The notes: generated by a model not told the origin, from the sequence alone. Positions 48,276 through 60,982 are shown, counted from the first letter of the stretch. The stretch: 64,000 nt of DNA from Escherichia coli (GCF_016026235.1 NZ_CP065613.1), one strand, 5' to 3'. Translations and numbers: made by a program.

Positions 48276-49559
48276 TTAACGCTTGATATCGCTTTTAAAG
48301 TCGCGTTTTTCATATCCTGTATACAGCTGACGCGGACGGGCAATCTTCATACCGTCACTGTGCATTTCGCTCCAGTGGGCGATCCAGCCAACGGTACGTG
48401 CCATTGCGAAAATGACAGTGAACATGGAAGACGGAATACCCATCGCTTTCAGGATGATACCAGAGTAGAAATCGACGTTCGGGTACAGTTTCTTCTCGAT
48501 AAAGTACGGGTCGTTCAGCGCGATGTTTTCCAGCTCCATAGCCACTTCCAGCAGGTCATCTTTGGTGCCCAGCTCTTTCAGAACTTCATGGCAAGTTTCA
48601 CGCATTACGGTGGCGCGCGGGTCGTAATTTTTGTACACGCGGTGACCGAAGCCCATCAGGCGGAAAGAATCATTTTTATCTTTCGCACGACGAACAAATT
48701 CCGGAATGTGTTTAACGGAGCTAATTTCTTCCAGCATTTTCAGCGCCGCTTCGTTAGCACCACCGTGCGCAGGTCCCCACAGTGAAGCAATACCTGCTGC
48801 GATACAGGCAAACGGGTTCGCACCCGAAGAGCCAGCGGTACGCACGGTGGAGGTAGAGGCGTTCTGTTCATGGTCAGCGTGCAGGATCAGAATACGGTCC
48901 ATAGCACGTTCCAGAATCGGATTAACTTCATACGGTTCGCACGGCGTGGAGAACATCATATTCAGGAAGTTACCGGCATAGGAGAGATCGTTGCGCGGAT
49001 AAACAAATGGCTGACCAATGGAATACTTGTAACACATCGCTGCCATGGTCGGCATTTTCGACAGCAGGCGGAACGCGGCAATTTCACGATGACGAGGATT
49101 GTTAACATCCAGCGAGTCGTGATAGAACGCCGCCAGCGCGCCGGTAATACCACACATGACTGCCATTGGATGTGAGTCGCGACGGAAAGCGTGGAACAGA
49201 CGGGTAATCTGCTCGTGGATCATGGTATGACGGGTCACCGTAGTTTTAAATTCGTCATACTGTTCCTGAGTCGGTTTTTCACCATTCAGCAGGATGTAAC
49301 AAACTTCCAGGTAGTTAGAATCGGTCGCCAGCTGATCGATCGGGAAACCGCGGTGCAGCAAAATACCTTCATCACCATCAATAAAAGTAATTTTAGATTC
49401 GCAGGATGCGGTTGAAGTGAAGCCAGGGTCAAAGGTGAACACACCTTTTGAACCGAGAGTACGGATATCAATAACATCTTGACCCAGCGTGCCTTTCAGC
49501 ACATCCAGTTCAACAGCTGTGTCCCCGTTGAGGGTGAGTTTTGCTTTTGTATCAGCCAT
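48276..49559 (-). CDS. gltA: Citrate synthase GltA (type II), 427 aa
   Basis: [39 protein letters not shown]...; catalytic region GFGHRVYK. Confidence 0.97.
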   Translation of the reverse strand: MADTKAKLTLNGDTAVELDVLKGTLGQDVIDIRTLGSKGVFTFDPGFTSTASCESKITFIDGDEGILLHRGFPIDQLATDSNYLEVCYILLNGEKPTQEQYDEFKTTVTRHTMIHEQITRLFHAFRRDSHPMAVMCGITGALAAFYHDSLDVNNPRHREIAAFRLLSKMPTMAAMCYKYSIGQPFVYPRNDLSYAGNFLNMMFSTPCEPYEVNPILERAMDRILILHADHEQNASTSTVRTAGSSGANPFACIAAGIASLWGPAHGGANEAALKMLEEISSVKHIPEFVRRAKDKNDSFRLMGFGHRVYKNYDPRATVMRETCHEVLKELGTKDDLLEVAMELENIALNDPYFIEKKLYPNVDFYSGIILKAMGIPSSMFTVIFAMARTVGWIAHWSEMHSDGMKIARPRQLYTGYEKRDFKSDIKR

Positions 49560-50267
49560 TTAAGGTCTCCTTAGCGCCTTATTGCGTAAGACTGCCGGAA
49601 CTTAAATTTGCCTTCGCACATCAACCTGGCTTTACCCGTTTGTTATTTGGCTCGCCGCTCTGTGAAAGAGGGGAAAACCTGGGTACAGAGCTCTGGGCGC
49701 TTGCAGGTAAAGGATCCATTGATGACGAATAAATGGCGAATCAAGTACTTAGCAATCCGAATTATTAAACTTGTCTACCACTAATAACTGTCCCGAATGA
49801 ATTGGTCAATACTTCCACACTGTTACATAAGTTAATCTTAGGTGAAATACCGACTTCATAACTTTTACGCATTATATGCTTTTCCTGGTAATGTTTGTAA
49901 CAACTTTGTTGAATGATTGTCAAATTAGATGATTAAAAATTAAATAAATGTTGTTATCGTGACCTGGATCACTGTTCAGGATAAAACCCGACAAACTATA
50001 TGTAGGTTAATTGTAATGATTTTGTGAACGGCCTATACTGCCGCCAGGTCTCCGGAACACCCTGCAATCCCGAGCCACCCAGCGTTGTAACGTGTCGTTT
50101 TCGCATCTGGAAGCAGTGTTTTGCATGACGCGCAGTTATAGAAAGGACGCTGTCTGACCCGCAAGCAGACCGGAGGAAGGAAATCCCGACGTCTCCAGGT
50201 AACAGAAAGTTAACCTCTGTGCCCGTAGTCCCCAGGGAATAATAAGAACAGCATGTGGGCGTTATTC
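49560..50267. promoter_or_regulatory. Divergent gltA / sdhCDAB-sucABCD control region including a long sdhC 5'UTR
   Basis: About 700-bp AT-rich intergenic region between divergent TCA-cycle operons; established regulatory hub in E. coli; individual sites not resolved by eye. Confidence 0.6.
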
Positions 50268-50657
50268 ATGATAAGAAATGTGAAAAAACAAAGACCTGTT
50301 AATCTGGACCTACAGACCATCCGGTTCCCCATCACGGCGATAGCGTCCATTCTCCATCGCGTTTCCGGTGTGATCACCTTTGTTGCAGTGGGTATCCTGC
50401 TGTGGCTTCTGGGTACCAGCCTCTCTTCCCCTGAAGGTTTAGAGCAAGCTTCCGCGATTATGGGCAGCTTTTTCGTCAAATTTATCATGTGGGGCATCCT
50501 TACCGCTCTGGCGTATCACGTCGTCGTAGGTATTCGCCACATGATGATGGATTTTGGCTATCTGGAAGAAACATTCGAAGCGGGTAAACGCTCCGCCAAA
50601 ATCTCCTTTGTTATTACTGTCGTGCTTTCACTTCTCGCAGGAGTCCTCGTATGGTAA
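50268..50657 (+). CDS. sdhC: Succinate dehydrogenase cytochrome b556 subunit SdhC, 129 aa
   Basis: Protein begins [37 protein letters not shown] at 50268; ORF-table N-extension rejected. Confidence 0.95.
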
Positions 50658-50998
50658 GCAACGCCTCCGCATTAGGACGCAATGGCGTACATGATTTCAT
50701 CCTCGTTCGCGCTACCGCTATCGTCCTGACGCTCTACATCATTTATATGGTCGGTTTTTTCGCCACCAGTGGCGAGCTGACATATGAAGTCTGGATCGGT
50801 TTCTTCGCCTCTGCGTTCACCAAAGTGTTCACCCTGCTGGCGCTGTTTTCTATCTTGATCCATGCCTGGATCGGCATGTGGCAGGTGTTGACCGACTACG
50901 TTAAACCGCTGGCTTTGCGCCTGATGCTGCAACTGGTGATTGTCGTTGCACTGGTGGTTTACGTGATTTATGGATTCGTTGTGGTGTGGGGTGTGTGA
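50651..50998 (+). CDS. sdhD: Succinate dehydrogenase membrane anchor SdhD, 115 aa
   Basis: [40 protein letters not shown]... Confidence 0.95.
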
Positions 50999-52764
50999 TG
51001 AAATTGCCAGTCAGAGAATTTGATGCAGTTGTGATTGGTGCCGGTGGCGCAGGTATGCGCGCGGCGCTGCAAATTTCCCAGAGCGGCCAGACCTGTGCGC
51101 TGCTCTCTAAAGTCTTCCCGACCCGTTCCCATACCGTTTCTGCGCAAGGCGGCATTACCGTTGCGCTGGGTAATACCCATGAAGATAACTGGGAATGGCA
51201 TATGTACGACACCGTAAAAGGGTCGGACTATATCGGTGACCAGGACGCGATTGAATATATGTGTAAAACCGGGCCGGAAGCGATTCTGGAACTCGAACAC
51301 ATGGGCCTGCCGTTCTCGCGTCTTGATGATGGTCGTATCTATCAACGTCCGTTTGGCGGTCAGTCGAAAAACTTCGGCGGCGAGCAGGCGGCACGCACTG
51401 CGGCGGCGGCTGACCGTACCGGTCACGCACTGTTGCACACGCTTTATCAGCAGAACCTGAAAAACCACACCACCATTTTCTCCGAGTGGTATGCGCTGGA
51501 TCTGGTGAAAAACCAGGATGGCGCGGTGGTGGGTTGTACCGCACTGTGCATCGAAACCGGTGAAGTGGTTTATTTCAAAGCCCGCGCTACCGTGCTGGCG
51601 ACTGGCGGGGCAGGGCGTATTTATCAGTCCACCACTAACGCCCACATTAACACTGGCGACGGTGTCGGCATGGCTATCCGCGCAGGCGTACCGGTGCAGG
51701 ATATGGAAATGTGGCAATTCCACCCGACCGGCATTGCCGGTGCGGGCGTACTGGTCACCGAAGGTTGCCGTGGTGAAGGCGGTTATCTGCTGAACAAACA
51801 TGGCGAACGCTTTATGGAGCGTTATGCGCCGAACGCCAAAGACCTGGCGGGCCGTGATGTGGTGGCGCGTTCCATCATGATTGAAATCCGTGAAGGTCGC
51901 GGCTGTGATGGTCCGTGGGGGCCACACGCGAAACTGAAACTCGATCACCTGGGTAAAGAAGTTCTCGAATCCCGTCTGCCGGGTATCCTGGAGCTTTCCC
52001 GTACCTTCGCTCACGTCGATCCGGTGAAAGAGCCGATTCCGGTTATCCCAACCTGTCACTACATGATGGGCGGTATTCCGACCAAAGTGACCGGTCAGGC
52101 GCTGACGGTGAACGAGAAAGGCGAAGATGTGGTTGTTCCGGGGCTGTTTGCCGTTGGTGAAATCGCTTGTGTATCGGTACACGGCGCTAACCGTCTGGGC
52201 GGCAACTCGCTGCTGGACCTGGTGGTCTTTGGTCGTGCGGCAGGTCTGCATCTGCAAGAGTCTATCGCCGAACAGGGCGCATTGCGCGATGCCAGCGAGT
52301 CTGATGTTGAAGCATCTCTGGATCGTCTGAACCGCTGGAACAATAATCGTAACGGTGAAGATCCGGTGGCGATTCGTAAAGCGCTGCAAGAATGTATGCA
52401 GCATAACTTCTCGGTCTTCCGTGAAGGTGATGCGATGGCGAAAGGGCTTGAGCAGTTGAAAGTTATCCGCGAGCGTCTGAAAAATGCCCGTCTGGATGAC
52501 ACTTCCAGCGAGTTCAACACCCAGCGCGTTGAGTGCCTGGAACTGGATAACCTGATGGAAACGGCGTATGCAACGGCTGTTTCTGCCAACTTCCGTACCG
52601 AAAGCCGTGGCGCACATAGCCGCTTCGACTTCCCGGATCGTGATGATGAAAACTGGCTGTGCCACTCCCTGTATCTGCCAGAGTCGGAATCCATGACGCG
52701 CCGAAGCGTCAACATGGAACCGAAACTGCGCCCGGCATTCCCGCCGAAGATTCGTACTTACTAA
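50998..52764 (+). CDS. sdhA: Succinate dehydrogenase flavoprotein SdhA, 588 aa
   Basis: Protein begins [24 protein letters not shown] (FAD fold); ATG at 50998 overlapping the sdhD TGA (TGATG). Confidence 0.97.
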   Translation: MKLPVREFDAVVIGAGGAGMRAALQISQSGQTCALLSKVFPTRSHTVSAQGGITVALGNTHEDNWEWHMYDTVKGSDYIGDQDAIEYMCKTGPEAILELEHMGLPFSRLDDGRIYQRPFGGQSKNFGGEQAARTAAAADRTGHALLHTLYQQNLKNHTTIFSEWYALDLVKNQDGAVVGCTALCIETGEVVYFKARATVLATGGAGRIYQSTTNAHINTGDGVGMAIRAGVPVQDMEMWQFHPTGIAGAGVLVTEGCRGEGGYLLNKHGERFMERYAPNAKDLAGRDVVARSIMIEIREGRGCDGPWGPHAKLKLDHLGKEVLESRLPGILELSRTFAHVDPVKEPIPVIPTCHYMMGGIPTKVTGQALTVNEKGEDVVVPGLFAVGEIACVSVHGANRLGGNSLLDLVVFGRAAGLHLQESIAEQGALRDASESDVEASLDRLNRWNNNRNGEDPVAIRKALQECMQHNFSVFREGDAMAKGLEQLKVIRERLKNARLDDTSSEFNTQRVECLELDNLMETAYATAVSANFRTESRGAHSRFDFPDRDDENWLCHSLYLPESESMTRRSVNMEPKLRPAFPPKIRTY

Positions 52765-52779
52765 TGCGGAGACAGGAAA

Positions 52780-53496
52780 ATGAGACTCGAGTTTTCAATT
52801 TATCGCTATAACCCGGATGTTGATGATGCTCCGCGTATGCAGGATTACACCCTGGAAGCGGAAGAAGGTCGCGACATGATGCTGCTGGATGCGCTTATCC
52901 AGCTGAAAGAGAAAGATCCCAGCCTGTCGTTCCGCCGCTCCTGTCGTGAAGGTGTGTGCGGTTCCGACGGTCTGAACATGAACGGCAAGAATGGTCTGGC
53001 CTGTATTACCCCGATTTCGGCACTCAACCAGCCGGGCAAGAAGATTGTGATTCGCCCGCTGCCAGGTTTACCGGTGATCCGCGATTTGGTGGTAGACATG
53101 GGACAATTCTATGCGCAATATGAGAAAATTAAGCCTTACCTGTTGAATAATGGACAAAATCCGCCAGCTCGCGAGCATTTACAGATGCCAGAGCAGCGCG
53201 AAAAACTCGACGGGCTGTATGAATGTATTCTCTGCGCATGTTGTTCAACCTCTTGTCCGTCTTTCTGGTGGAATCCCGATAAGTTTATCGGCCCGGCAGG
53301 CTTGTTAGCGGCATATCGTTTCCTGATCGATAGCCGTGATACCGAGACTGACAGCCGCCTCGACGGTTTGAGCGATGCATTCAGCGTATTCCGCTGTCAC
53401 AGCATCATGAACTGCGTCAGTGTATGTCCGAAGGGGCTGAACCCGACGCGCGCCATCGGCCATATCAAGTCGATGTTGTTGCAACGTAATGCGTAA
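52780..53496 (+). CDS. sdhB: Succinate dehydrogenase iron-sulfur subunit SdhB, 238 aa
   Basis: Cys clusters CREGVCGSDGLNMNG and CILCACCSTSCP. Confidence 0.97.
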   Translation: MRLEFSIYRYNPDVDDAPRMQDYTLEAEEGRDMMLLDALIQLKEKDPSLSFRRSCREGVCGSDGLNMNGKNGLACITPISALNQPGKKIVIRPLPGLPVIRDLVVDMGQFYAQYEKIKPYLLNNGQNPPAREHLQMPEQREKLDGLYECILCACCSTSCPSFWWNPDKFIGPAGLLAAYRFLIDSRDTETDSRLDGLSDAFSVFRCHSIMNCVSVCPKGLNPTRAIGHIKSMLLQRNA

Positions 53497-53499
53497 ACC

Positions 53500-53640
53500 G
53501 TAGGCCTGATAAGACGCGCAAGCGTCGCATCAGGCAACCAGTGCCGGATGCGGCGTGAACGCCTTATCCGGCCTACAAGTCATTACCCGTAGGCCTGATA
53601 AGCGCAGCGCATCAGGCGTAACAAAGAAATGCAGGAAATC
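53500..53640. repeat. Cluster of three REP elements between sdhB and sucA
   Basis: gtaggcctgataagacgcgcaagcgtcgcatcaggc; gccggatgcggcgtgaacgccttatccggcctac; gtaggcctgataagcgcagcgcatcaggc. Confidence 0.85.
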
Positions 53641-53796
53641 TTTAAAAACTGCCCCTGACACTAAGACAGTTTTTAAAGGTTCCTTCGCGAGCCACTACGT
53701 AGACAAGAGCTCGCAAGTGAACCCCGGCACGCACATCACTGTGCGTGGTAGTATCCACGGCGAAGTAAGCATAAAAAAGATGCTTAAGGGATCACG

Positions 53797-56598
53797 ATGC
53801 AGAACAGCGCTTTGAAAGCCTGGTTGGACTCTTCTTACCTCTCTGGCGCAAACCAGAGCTGGATAGAACAGCTCTATGAAGACTTCTTAACCGATCCTGA
53901 CTCGGTTGACGCTAACTGGCGTTCGACGTTCCAGCAGTTACCTGGTACGGGAGTCAAACCGGATCAATTCCACTCTCAAACGCGTGAATATTTCCGCCGC
54001 CTGGCGAAAGACGCTTCACGTTACTCTTCAACGATCTCCGACCCTGACACCAATGTGAAGCAGGTTAAAGTCCTGCAGCTCATTAACGCATACCGCTTCC
54101 GTGGTCACCAGCATGCGAATCTCGATCCGCTGGGACTGTGGCAGCAAGATAAAGTGGCCGATCTGGATCCGTCTTTCCACGATCTGACCGAAGCAGACTT
54201 CCAGGAAACCTTCAACGTCGGTTCATTTGCCAGCGGCAAAGAAACCATGAAACTCGGCGAGCTGCTGGAAGCACTCAAGCAAACCTACTGTGGCCCGATT
54301 GGTGCCGAGTATATGCACATTACCAGCACCGAAGAAAAACGCTGGATCCAACAGCGTATCGAGTCTGGTCGCGCGACTTTCAATAGCGAAGAGAAAAAAC
54401 GCTTCTTAAGCGAACTGACCGCCGCTGAAGGCCTTGAACGTTACCTCGGCGCAAAATTCCCTGGCGCAAAACGCTTCTCGCTGGAAGGCGGTGACGCGTT
54501 AATCCCGATGCTTAAAGAGATGATCCGCCACGCTGGCAACAGCGGCACCCGCGAAGTGGTTCTTGGGATGGCGCACCGTGGTCGTCTGAACGTGCTGGTG
54601 AACGTGCTGGGTAAAAAACCGCAAGACTTGTTCGACGAGTTTGCCGGTAAACATAAAGAACACCTCGGCACGGGTGACGTGAAATACCACATGGGCTTCT
54701 CGTCTGACTTCCAGACCGATGGCGGCCTGGTGCACCTGGCGCTGGCGTTTAACCCGTCTCACCTTGAGATTGTAAGCCCGGTAGTTATCGGTTCTGTTCG
54801 TGCCCGTCTGGACAGACTTGATGAGCCGAGCAGCAACAAAGTGCTGCCAATCACCATCCACGGTGACGCCGCAGTGACCGGGCAGGGCGTGGTTCAGGAA
54901 ACTCTGAACATGTCGAAAGCGCGTGGTTATGAAGTTGGCGGTACGGTACGTATCGTTATCAACAACCAGGTTGGTTTCACCACCTCTAATCCGCTGGATG
55001 CTCGTTCTACACCGTACTGTACTGATATCGGTAAGATGGTTCAGGCACCGATTTTCCACGTTAACGCGGATGATCCGGAAGCCGTTGCCTTTGTGACCCG
55101 TCTGGCGCTCGATTTCCGTAACACCTTTAAACGTGATGTCTTCATCGACCTGGTGTGCTACCGCCGTCACGGCCACAACGAAGCCGACGAGCCGAGCGCA
55201 ACCCAGCCGCTGATGTATCAGAAAATCAAAAAACATCCGACACCGCGCAAAATCTACGCTGACAAGCTGGAGCAGGAAAAAGTGGCGACGCTGGAAGATG
55301 CCACCGAGATGGTTAACCTGTACCGCGATGCGCTGGATGCTGGCGATTGCGTAGTGGCAGAGTGGCGTCCGATGAACATGCACTCTTTCACCTGGTCGCC
55401 GTACCTCAACCACGAATGGGACGAAGAGTACCCGAACAAAGTTGAGATGAAGCGCCTGCAGGAGCTGGCGAAACGCATCAGCACGGTGCCGGAAGCAGTT
55501 GAAATGCAGTCTCGCGTTGCCAAGATTTATGGCGATCGCCAGGCGATGGCTGCCGGTGAGAAACTGTTCGACTGGGGCGGTGCGGAAAACCTCGCTTACG
55601 CCACGCTGGTTGACGAAGGCATTCCGGTTCGCCTGTCGGGTGAAGACTCCGGTCGCGGTACCTTCTTCCACCGCCACGCGGTGATCCACAACCAGTCTAA
55701 CGGTTCCACTTACACGCCGCTGCAACATATTCATAACGGCCAGGGCGCGTTCCGTGTCTGGGACTCCGTTCTGTCTGAAGAAGCAGTGCTGGCGTTTGAA
55801 TACGGTTATGCCACCGCAGAACCACGCACTCTGACTATCTGGGAAGCGCAGTTCGGTGACTTCGCCAACGGTGCGCAGGTGGTTATCGACCAGTTCATCT
55901 CCTCTGGCGAGCAGAAATGGGGCCGGATGTGTGGTCTGGTGATGTTGCTGCCGCACGGTTACGAAGGGCAGGGGCCGGAGCACTCCTCCGCGCGTCTGGA
56001 ACGTTATCTGCAACTTTGTGCTGAGCAAAACATGCAGGTGTGCGTACCGTCTACCCCGGCACAGGTTTACCACATGCTGCGTCGTCAGGCGCTGCGCGGG
56101 ATGCGTCGTCCGCTGGTCGTGATGTCGCCGAAATCCCTGCTGCGTCATCCGCTGGCGGTTTCCAGCCTCGAAGAACTGGCGAACGGCACCTTCCTGCCAG
56201 CCATCGGTGAAATCGACGAGCTTGATCCGAAGGGCGTGAAGCGCGTAGTGATGTGTTCTGGTAAGGTTTATTACGACCTGCTGGAACAGCGTCGTAAGAA
56301 CAATCAACACGATGTCGCCATTGTGCGTATCGAGCAACTCTACCCGTTCCCGCATAAAGCGATGCAGGAAGTGTTGCAGCAGTTTGCTCACGTCAAGGAT
56401 TTTGTCTGGTGCCAGGAAGAGCCGCTCAACCAGGGCGCATGGTACTGCAGCCAGCATCATTTCCGTGAAGTGATTCCGTTTGGGGCTTCTCTGCGTTATG
56501 CAGGCCGCCCGGCCTCCGCCTCTCCGGCGGTAGGGTATATGTCCGTTCACCAGAAACAGCAACAAGATCTGGTTAATGACGCGCTGAACGTCGAATAA
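53797..56598 (+). CDS. sucA: 2-oxoglutarate dehydrogenase E1 component SucA, 933 aa
   Basis: [41 protein letters not shown]...; expected length. Confidence 0.97.
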   Translation: MQNSALKAWLDSSYLSGANQSWIEQLYEDFLTDPDSVDANWRSTFQQLPGTGVKPDQFHSQTREYFRRLAKDASRYSSTISDPDTNVKQVKVLQLINAYRFRGHQHANLDPLGLWQQDKVADLDPSFHDLTEADFQETFNVGSFASGKETMKLGELLEALKQTYCGPIGAEYMHITSTEEKRWIQQRIESGRATFNSEEKKRFLSELTAAEGLERYLGAKFPGAKRFSLEGGDALIPMLKEMIRHAGNSGTREVVLGMAHRGRLNVLVNVLGKKPQDLFDEFAGKHKEHLGTGDVKYHMGFSSDFQTDGGLVHLALAFNPSHLEIVSPVVIGSVRARLDRLDEPSSNKVLPITIHGDAAVTGQGVVQETLNMSKARGYEVGGTVRIVINNQVGFTTSNPLDARSTPYCTDIGKMVQAPIFHVNADDPEAVAFVTRLALDFRNTFKRDVFIDLVCYRRHGHNEADEPSATQPLMYQKIKKHPTPRKIYADKLEQEKVATLEDATEMVNLYRDALDAGDCVVAEWRPMNMHSFTWSPYLNHEWDEEYPNKVEMKRLQELAKRISTVPEAVEMQSRVAKIYGDRQAMAAGEKLFDWGGAENLAYATLVDEGIPVRLSGEDSGRGTFFHRHAVIHNQSNGSTYTPLQHIHNGQGAFRVWDSVLSEEAVLAFEYGYATAEPRTLTIWEAQFGDFANGAQVVIDQFISSGEQKWGRMCGLVMLLPHGYEGQGPEHSSARLERYLQLCAEQNMQVCVPSTPAQVYHMLRRQALRGMRRPLVVMSPKSLLRHPLAVSSLEELANGTFLPAIGEIDELDPKGVKRVVMCSGKVYYDLLEQRRKNNQHDVAIVRIEQLYPFPHKAMQEVLQQFAHVKDFVWCQEEPLNQGAWYCSQHHFREVIPFGASLRYAGRPASASPAVGYMSVHQKQQQDLVNDALNVE

Positions 56599-56612
56599 AT
56601 AAAGGATACACA

Positions 56613-57830
56613 ATGAGTAGCGTAGATATTCTGGTCCCTGACCTGCCTGAATCCGTAGCCGATGCCACCGTCGCAACCTGGCATAAAAAACCCGGCGACG
56701 CAGTCGTACGTGATGAAGTGCTGGTAGAAATCGAAACTGACAAAGTGGTACTGGAAGTACCGGCATCAGCAGACGGCATTCTGGATGCGGTTCTGGAAGA
56801 TGAAGGTACAACGGTAACGTCTCGTCAGATCCTTGGTCGCCTGCGTGAAGGCAACAGCGCCGGTAAAGAAACCAGCGCCAAATCTGAAGAGAAAGCGTCC
56901 ACTCCGGCGCAACGCCAGCAGGCATCTCTGGAAGAGCAAAACAACGATGCGTTAAGCCCGGCGATCCGTCGCCTGCTGGCTGAACACAATCTCGACGCCA
57001 GCGCCATTAAAGGCACCGGTGTGGGTGGTCGTCTGACTCGTGAAGATGTGGAAAAACATCTGGCGAAAGCCCCGGCGAAAGAGTCTGCTCCGGCAGCGGC
57101 TGCTCCGGCGGCGCAACCGGCTCTGGCTGCACGTAGTGAAAAACGTGTCCCGATGACTCGCCTGCGTAAGCGTGTGGCAGAGCGTCTGCTGGAAGCGAAA
57201 AACTCCACCGCCATGCTGACCACGTTCAACGAAGTCAACATGAAGCCGATTATGGATCTGCGTAAGCAGTACGGTGAAGCGTTTGAAAAACGCCACGGCA
57301 TCCGTTTGGGCTTTATGTCCTTCTACGTGAAAGCGGTGGTTGAAGCCCTGAAACGTTACCCGGAAGTGAACGCGTCTATCGACGGCGATGACGTGGTTTA
57401 CCACAACTATTTCGACGTCAGCATGGCGGTTTCTACGCCGCGCGGCCTGGTGACGCCGGTATTGCGTGATGTCGATACCCTCGGCATGGCAGACATCGAG
57501 AAGAAAATCAAAGAGCTGGCAGTTAAAGGCCGTGACGGCAAGCTGACGGTTGAAGATCTGACCGGTGGTAACTTCACCATCACCAACGGTGGTGTGTTCG
57601 GTTCCCTGATGTCTACGCCGATCATCAACCCGCCGCAGAGCGCAATTCTGGGTATGCACGCTATCAAAGATCGTCCGATGGCGGTGAATGGTCAGGTTGA
57701 GATCCTGCCGATGATGTACCTGGCGCTGTCCTACGATCACCGTCTGATTGATGGTCGCGAATCCGTGGGCTTCCTGGTAACGATCAAAGAGTTGCTGGAA
57801 GATCCGACGCGTCTGCTGCTGGACGTGTAG
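56613..57830 (+). CDS. sucB: Dihydrolipoyllysine succinyltransferase E2 SucB, 405 aa
   Basis: Lipoyl domain [12 protein letters not shown]; catalytic C-terminus ...[10 protein letters not shown]. Confidence 0.97.
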
Positions 57831-57854
57831 TAGTTTAAGTTTCACCTGCACTGT

Positions 57855-58040
57855 AGACCGGATAAGACATTATCGCCTTCTCCGGCAATTGAAGCCTGAT
57901 GCGACGCTTAACGCGTCTTATCAGGCCTACGGGAAGCACCGATGTAGGTCGGATAAGGCGCTCGCGCCGCATCCGACAAGCGATGCCAGATGCGACGCTT
58001 ACACGTCTTATCAGGCCTACGGGTGACCGACAATACCCGG
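57855..58040. repeat. REP element cluster between sucB and sucC
   Basis: gcctgatgcgacgcttaacgcgtcttatcaggcctac, gtaggtcggataaggcgctcgcgccgcatccgac, gccagatgcgacgcttacacgtcttatcaggcctac. Confidence 0.85.
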
Positions 58041-58105
58041 AAGCGATACGAAATATTCGGTCTACGGTTTAAAAGATAACGATTACTGAAGGATGGACAG
58101 AACAC

Positions 58106-59272
58106 ATGAACTTACATGAATATCAGGCAAAACAACTTTTTGCCCGCTATGGCTTACCAGCACCGGTGGGTTATGCCTGTACTACTCCGCGCGAAGCAGA
58201 AGAAGCCGCTTCAAAAATCGGTGCCGGTCCGTGGGTAGTGAAATGTCAGGTTCACGCTGGTGGCCGCGGTAAAGCGGGCGGTGTGAAAGTTGTAAACAGT
58301 AAAGAAGACATCCGTGCTTTTGCAGAAAACTGGCTGGGCAAGCGTCTGGTAACGTATCAAACAGATGCCAATGGCCAACCGGTTAACCAGATTCTGGTTG
58401 AAGCGGCGACCGATATCGCTAAAGAGCTGTATCTCGGTGCCGTTGTAGACCGTAGTTCCCGTCGTGTGGTCTTTATGGCCTCCACCGAAGGCGGCGTGGA
58501 AATCGAAAAAGTGGCGGAAGAAACTCCGCACCTGATCCACAAAGTTGCGCTTGATCCGCTGACTGGCCCGATGCCGTATCAGGGACGCGAGCTGGCGTTC
58601 AAACTGGGTCTGGAAGGTAAACTGGTTCAGCAGTTCACCAAAATCTTCATGGGCCTGGCGACCATTTTCCTGGAGCGCGACCTGGCGTTGATCGAAATCA
58701 ACCCGCTGGTCATCACCAAACAGGGCGATCTGATTTGCCTCGACGGCAAACTGGGCGCTGATGGCAACGCACTGTTCCGCCAGCCTGATCTGCGCGAAAT
58801 GCGTGACCAGTCGCAGGAAGATCCACGTGAAGCACAGGCTGCACAGTGGGAACTGAACTACGTTGCGCTGGACGGTAACATCGGTTGTATGGTTAACGGC
58901 GCAGGTCTGGCGATGGGTACGATGGACATCGTTAAACTGCACGGCGGCGAACCAGCTAACTTCCTTGACGTTGGCGGCGGCGCAACCAAAGAACGTGTAA
59001 CCGAAGCGTTCAAAATCATCCTCTCTGACGACAAAGTGAAAGCCGTTCTGGTTAACATCTTCGGCGGTATCGTTCGTTGCGACCTGATCGCTGACGGAAT
59101 CATCGGCGCGGTAGCGGAAGTGGGTGTTAACGTACCGGTCGTGGTACGTCTGGAAGGTAACAACGCCGAACTCGGCGCGAAGAAACTGGCTGACAGCGGC
59201 CTGAATATTATTGCAGCAAAAGGTCTGACGGATGCAGCTCAGCAGGTTGTTGCCGCAGTGGAGGGGAAATAA
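58106..59272 (+). CDS. sucC: Succinyl-CoA synthetase beta subunit SucC, 388 aa
   Basis: ATP-grasp N-terminus [18 protein letters not shown]; expected length. Confidence 0.97.
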
Positions 59273-60141
59273 TGTCCATTTTAATTGATAAAAACACCAA
59301 GGTTATCTGCCAGGGCTTTACCGGTAGCCAGGGGACTTTCCACTCAGAACAGGCTATTGCATACGGCACTAAAATGGTTGGCGGCGTAACCCCAGGTAAA
59401 GGCGGCACCACCCACCTCGGCCTGCCGGTGTTCAACACCGTGCGTGAAGCTGTTGCTGCTACTGGCGCTACCGCTTCTGTTATCTACGTACCAGCACCGT
59501 TCTGCAAAGACTCCATTCTGGAAGCCATCGATGCAGGCATCAAACTGATTATCACCATCACTGAAGGCATCCCGACGCTGGATATGCTGACCGTGAAAGT
59601 GAAGCTGGATGAAGCAGGCGTTCGTATGATCGGCCCGAACTGCCCAGGCGTTATCACTCCGGGTGAATGCAAAATCGGTATCCAGCCTGGTCACATTCAC
59701 AAACCGGGTAAAGTGGGTATCGTTTCCCGTTCCGGTACACTGACCTATGAAGCGGTTAAACAGACCACGGATTACGGTTTCGGTCAGTCGACCTGTGTCG
59801 GTATCGGCGGTGACCCGATCCCGGGCTCTAACTTTATCGACATTCTCGAAATGTTCGAAAAAGATCCGCAGACCGAAGCGATCGTGATGATCGGTGAGAT
59901 CGGCGGTAGCGCTGAAGAAGAAGCTGCTGCGTACATCAAAGAGCACGTTACCAAGCCAGTTGTGGGTTACATCGCTGGTGTGACTGCGCCGAAAGGCAAA
60001 CGTATGGGCCACGCGGGTGCCATCATTGCCGGTGGGAAAGGGACTGCGGATGAGAAATTCGCTGCTCTGGAAGCTGCAGGCGTGAAAACCGTTCGCAGCC
60101 TGGCGGATATCGGTGAAGCACTGAAAACTGTTCTGAAATAA
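59272..60141 (+). CDS. sucD: Succinyl-CoA synthetase alpha subunit SucD, 289 aa
   Basis: CoA-binding start [27 protein letters not shown]; catalytic His region [12 protein letters not shown]; start overlaps sucC stop. Confidence 0.97.
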
Positions 60142-60214
60142 ATATCTGTAATAAGAAATAGCCCTCGCCGCTTCCCTCTACAGGAATGGCGAAGGGCTGT
60201 CGGTTTCGACATGG
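60142..60214 (+). ncRNA. sdhX: sucD 3'UTR, i.e. the 5' portion of the SdhX (RybD) sRNA locus, separated from its terminator by IS1
   Basis: Position directly after the sucD stop; the intrinsic terminator that would normally end this UTR lies at 60994-61017 beyond the IS1 insertion; the sRNA identity is from memory of K-12 and not verified. Confidence 0.4.
60206..60214. repeat. IS1 target-site duplication, left copy (tcgacatgg)
   Basis: Perfect 9-bp direct repeat flanking IS1; other copy at 60983-60991. Confidence 0.9.
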
Positions 60215-60269
60215 GGTAATGCTGCCAACTTACTGATTTAGTGTATGATGGTGATTTTAAGGTGCTTGC

Positions 60270-60545
60270 GTGGCTTCCATTTCCATCAGATGTCCTTCCT
60301 GCTCCGCTACTGAAGGCGTGGTGCGTAACGGCAAAAGCACTGCCGGACATCAGCGCTATCTCTGCTCTCATTGCCGTAAAACATGGCAACTACAGTTCAC
60401 TTACACCGCCTCTCAGCCCGGTACGCACCAGAAAATCATTGATATGGCCATGAATGGCGTCGGATGTCGCGCCAGTGCACGCATTATGGGCGTTGGCCTC
60501 AACACGGTTTTACGTCACTTAAAAAACTCAGGCCGCAGTCGGTAA
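60270..60545 (+). CDS. insA: IS1 protein InsA (transposition inhibitor / N-terminal part of transposase), 91 aa, GTG start
   Basis: [40 protein letters not shown]... zinc-finger and HTH; differs at several residues from the canonical IS1 InsA as I recall it. Confidence 0.93.
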   Translation: MASISIRCPSCSATEGVVRNGKSTAGHQRYLCSHCRKTWQLQFTYTASQPGTHQKIIDMAMNGVGCRASARIMGVGLNTVLRHLKNSGRSR

Positions 60546-60967
60546 CCTCGCGCATACAACCGGGCAGTGATGTGATTGTCTGCGCTGAAATGGACGAACA
60601 GTGGGGCTACGTCGGTGCTAAATCACGTCAGCGCTGGCTGTTTTACGCGTATGACAGGATACGGAGGACGGTTGTGGCGCACGTCTTCGGTGAACGCACT
60701 CTGGCCACACTGGAGCGTCTTCTGAGCCTGCTGTCGGCCTTTGAGGTCGTGGTATGGATGACGGATGGCTGGCCGCTGTATGAATCACGCCTGAAGGGAA
60801 AGCTGCACGTTATCAGCAAGCGTTACACTCAGCGCATTGAGCGACATAATCTGAATCTGAGACAACATCTGGCAAGGCTGGGACGGAAGTCACTGTCGTT
60901 CTCAAAATCGGTGGAGCTGCATGACAAGGTCATCGGGCATTATCTGAACATAAAACACTATCAGTAA
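60464..60967 (+). CDS. insB: IS1 insB frame (expressed as InsAB' transposase after -1 frameshift)
   Basis: ORF in the -1 frame relative to insA containing the conserved IS1 transposase sequence ...[39 protein letters not shown]... Confidence 0.9.
   Translation: MSRQCTHYGRWPQHGFTSLKKLRPQSVTSRIQPGSDVIVCAEMDEQWGYVGAKSRQRWLFYAYDRIRRTVVAHVFGERTLATLERLLSLLSAFEVVVWMTDGWPLYESRLKGKLHVISKRYTQRIERHNLNLRQHLARLGRKSLSFSKSVELHDKVIGHYLNIKHYQ
60521..60527 (+). promoter_or_regulatory. Programmed -1 ribosomal frameshift site (A6C) of IS1
   Basis: ttAAAAAACtc near the end of insA, in the insA/insB overlap. Confidence 0.8.
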
Positions 60968-60982
60968 GTTGGAGTCATTACC

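Larger units (their letters stand above)
60215..60982 (+). mobile_element. Insertion sequence IS1 (768 bp), IS1F-like variant
   Basis: Terminal inverted repeats ggtaatgctgccaacttactgat... / ...tcagtaagttggagtcattacc; insA and insB reading frames; 9-bp target-site duplication. Confidence 0.95.

Noticed and set aside
49541-49732. 63-aa plus-strand ORF in the gltA-sdhC intergenic region
   Set aside because: Starts inside the gltA 5' end on the opposite strand, no ribosome-binding site, lies in a known regulatory region; likely chance ORF.
50968-52665. 565-aa minus-strand ORF antisense to sdhA
   Set aside because: Entirely within and antisense to sdhA; no protein similarity recognised; same artefact class.
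54499-56925. 808-aa ORF on the minus strand spanning the sucA 3' end and the sucB 5' end
   Set aside because: Antisense to two strongly recognised genes; no ribosome-binding site, no recognisable domain, low-complexity Arg/His-rich composition. Long stop-free antisense frames are a common artefact opposite GC-rich, highly expressed genes.
56952-60012. Minus-strand ORFs of 299, 243 and 222 aa antisense to sucB, sucC and sucD
   Set aside because: Antisense to recognised suc genes; artefacts.
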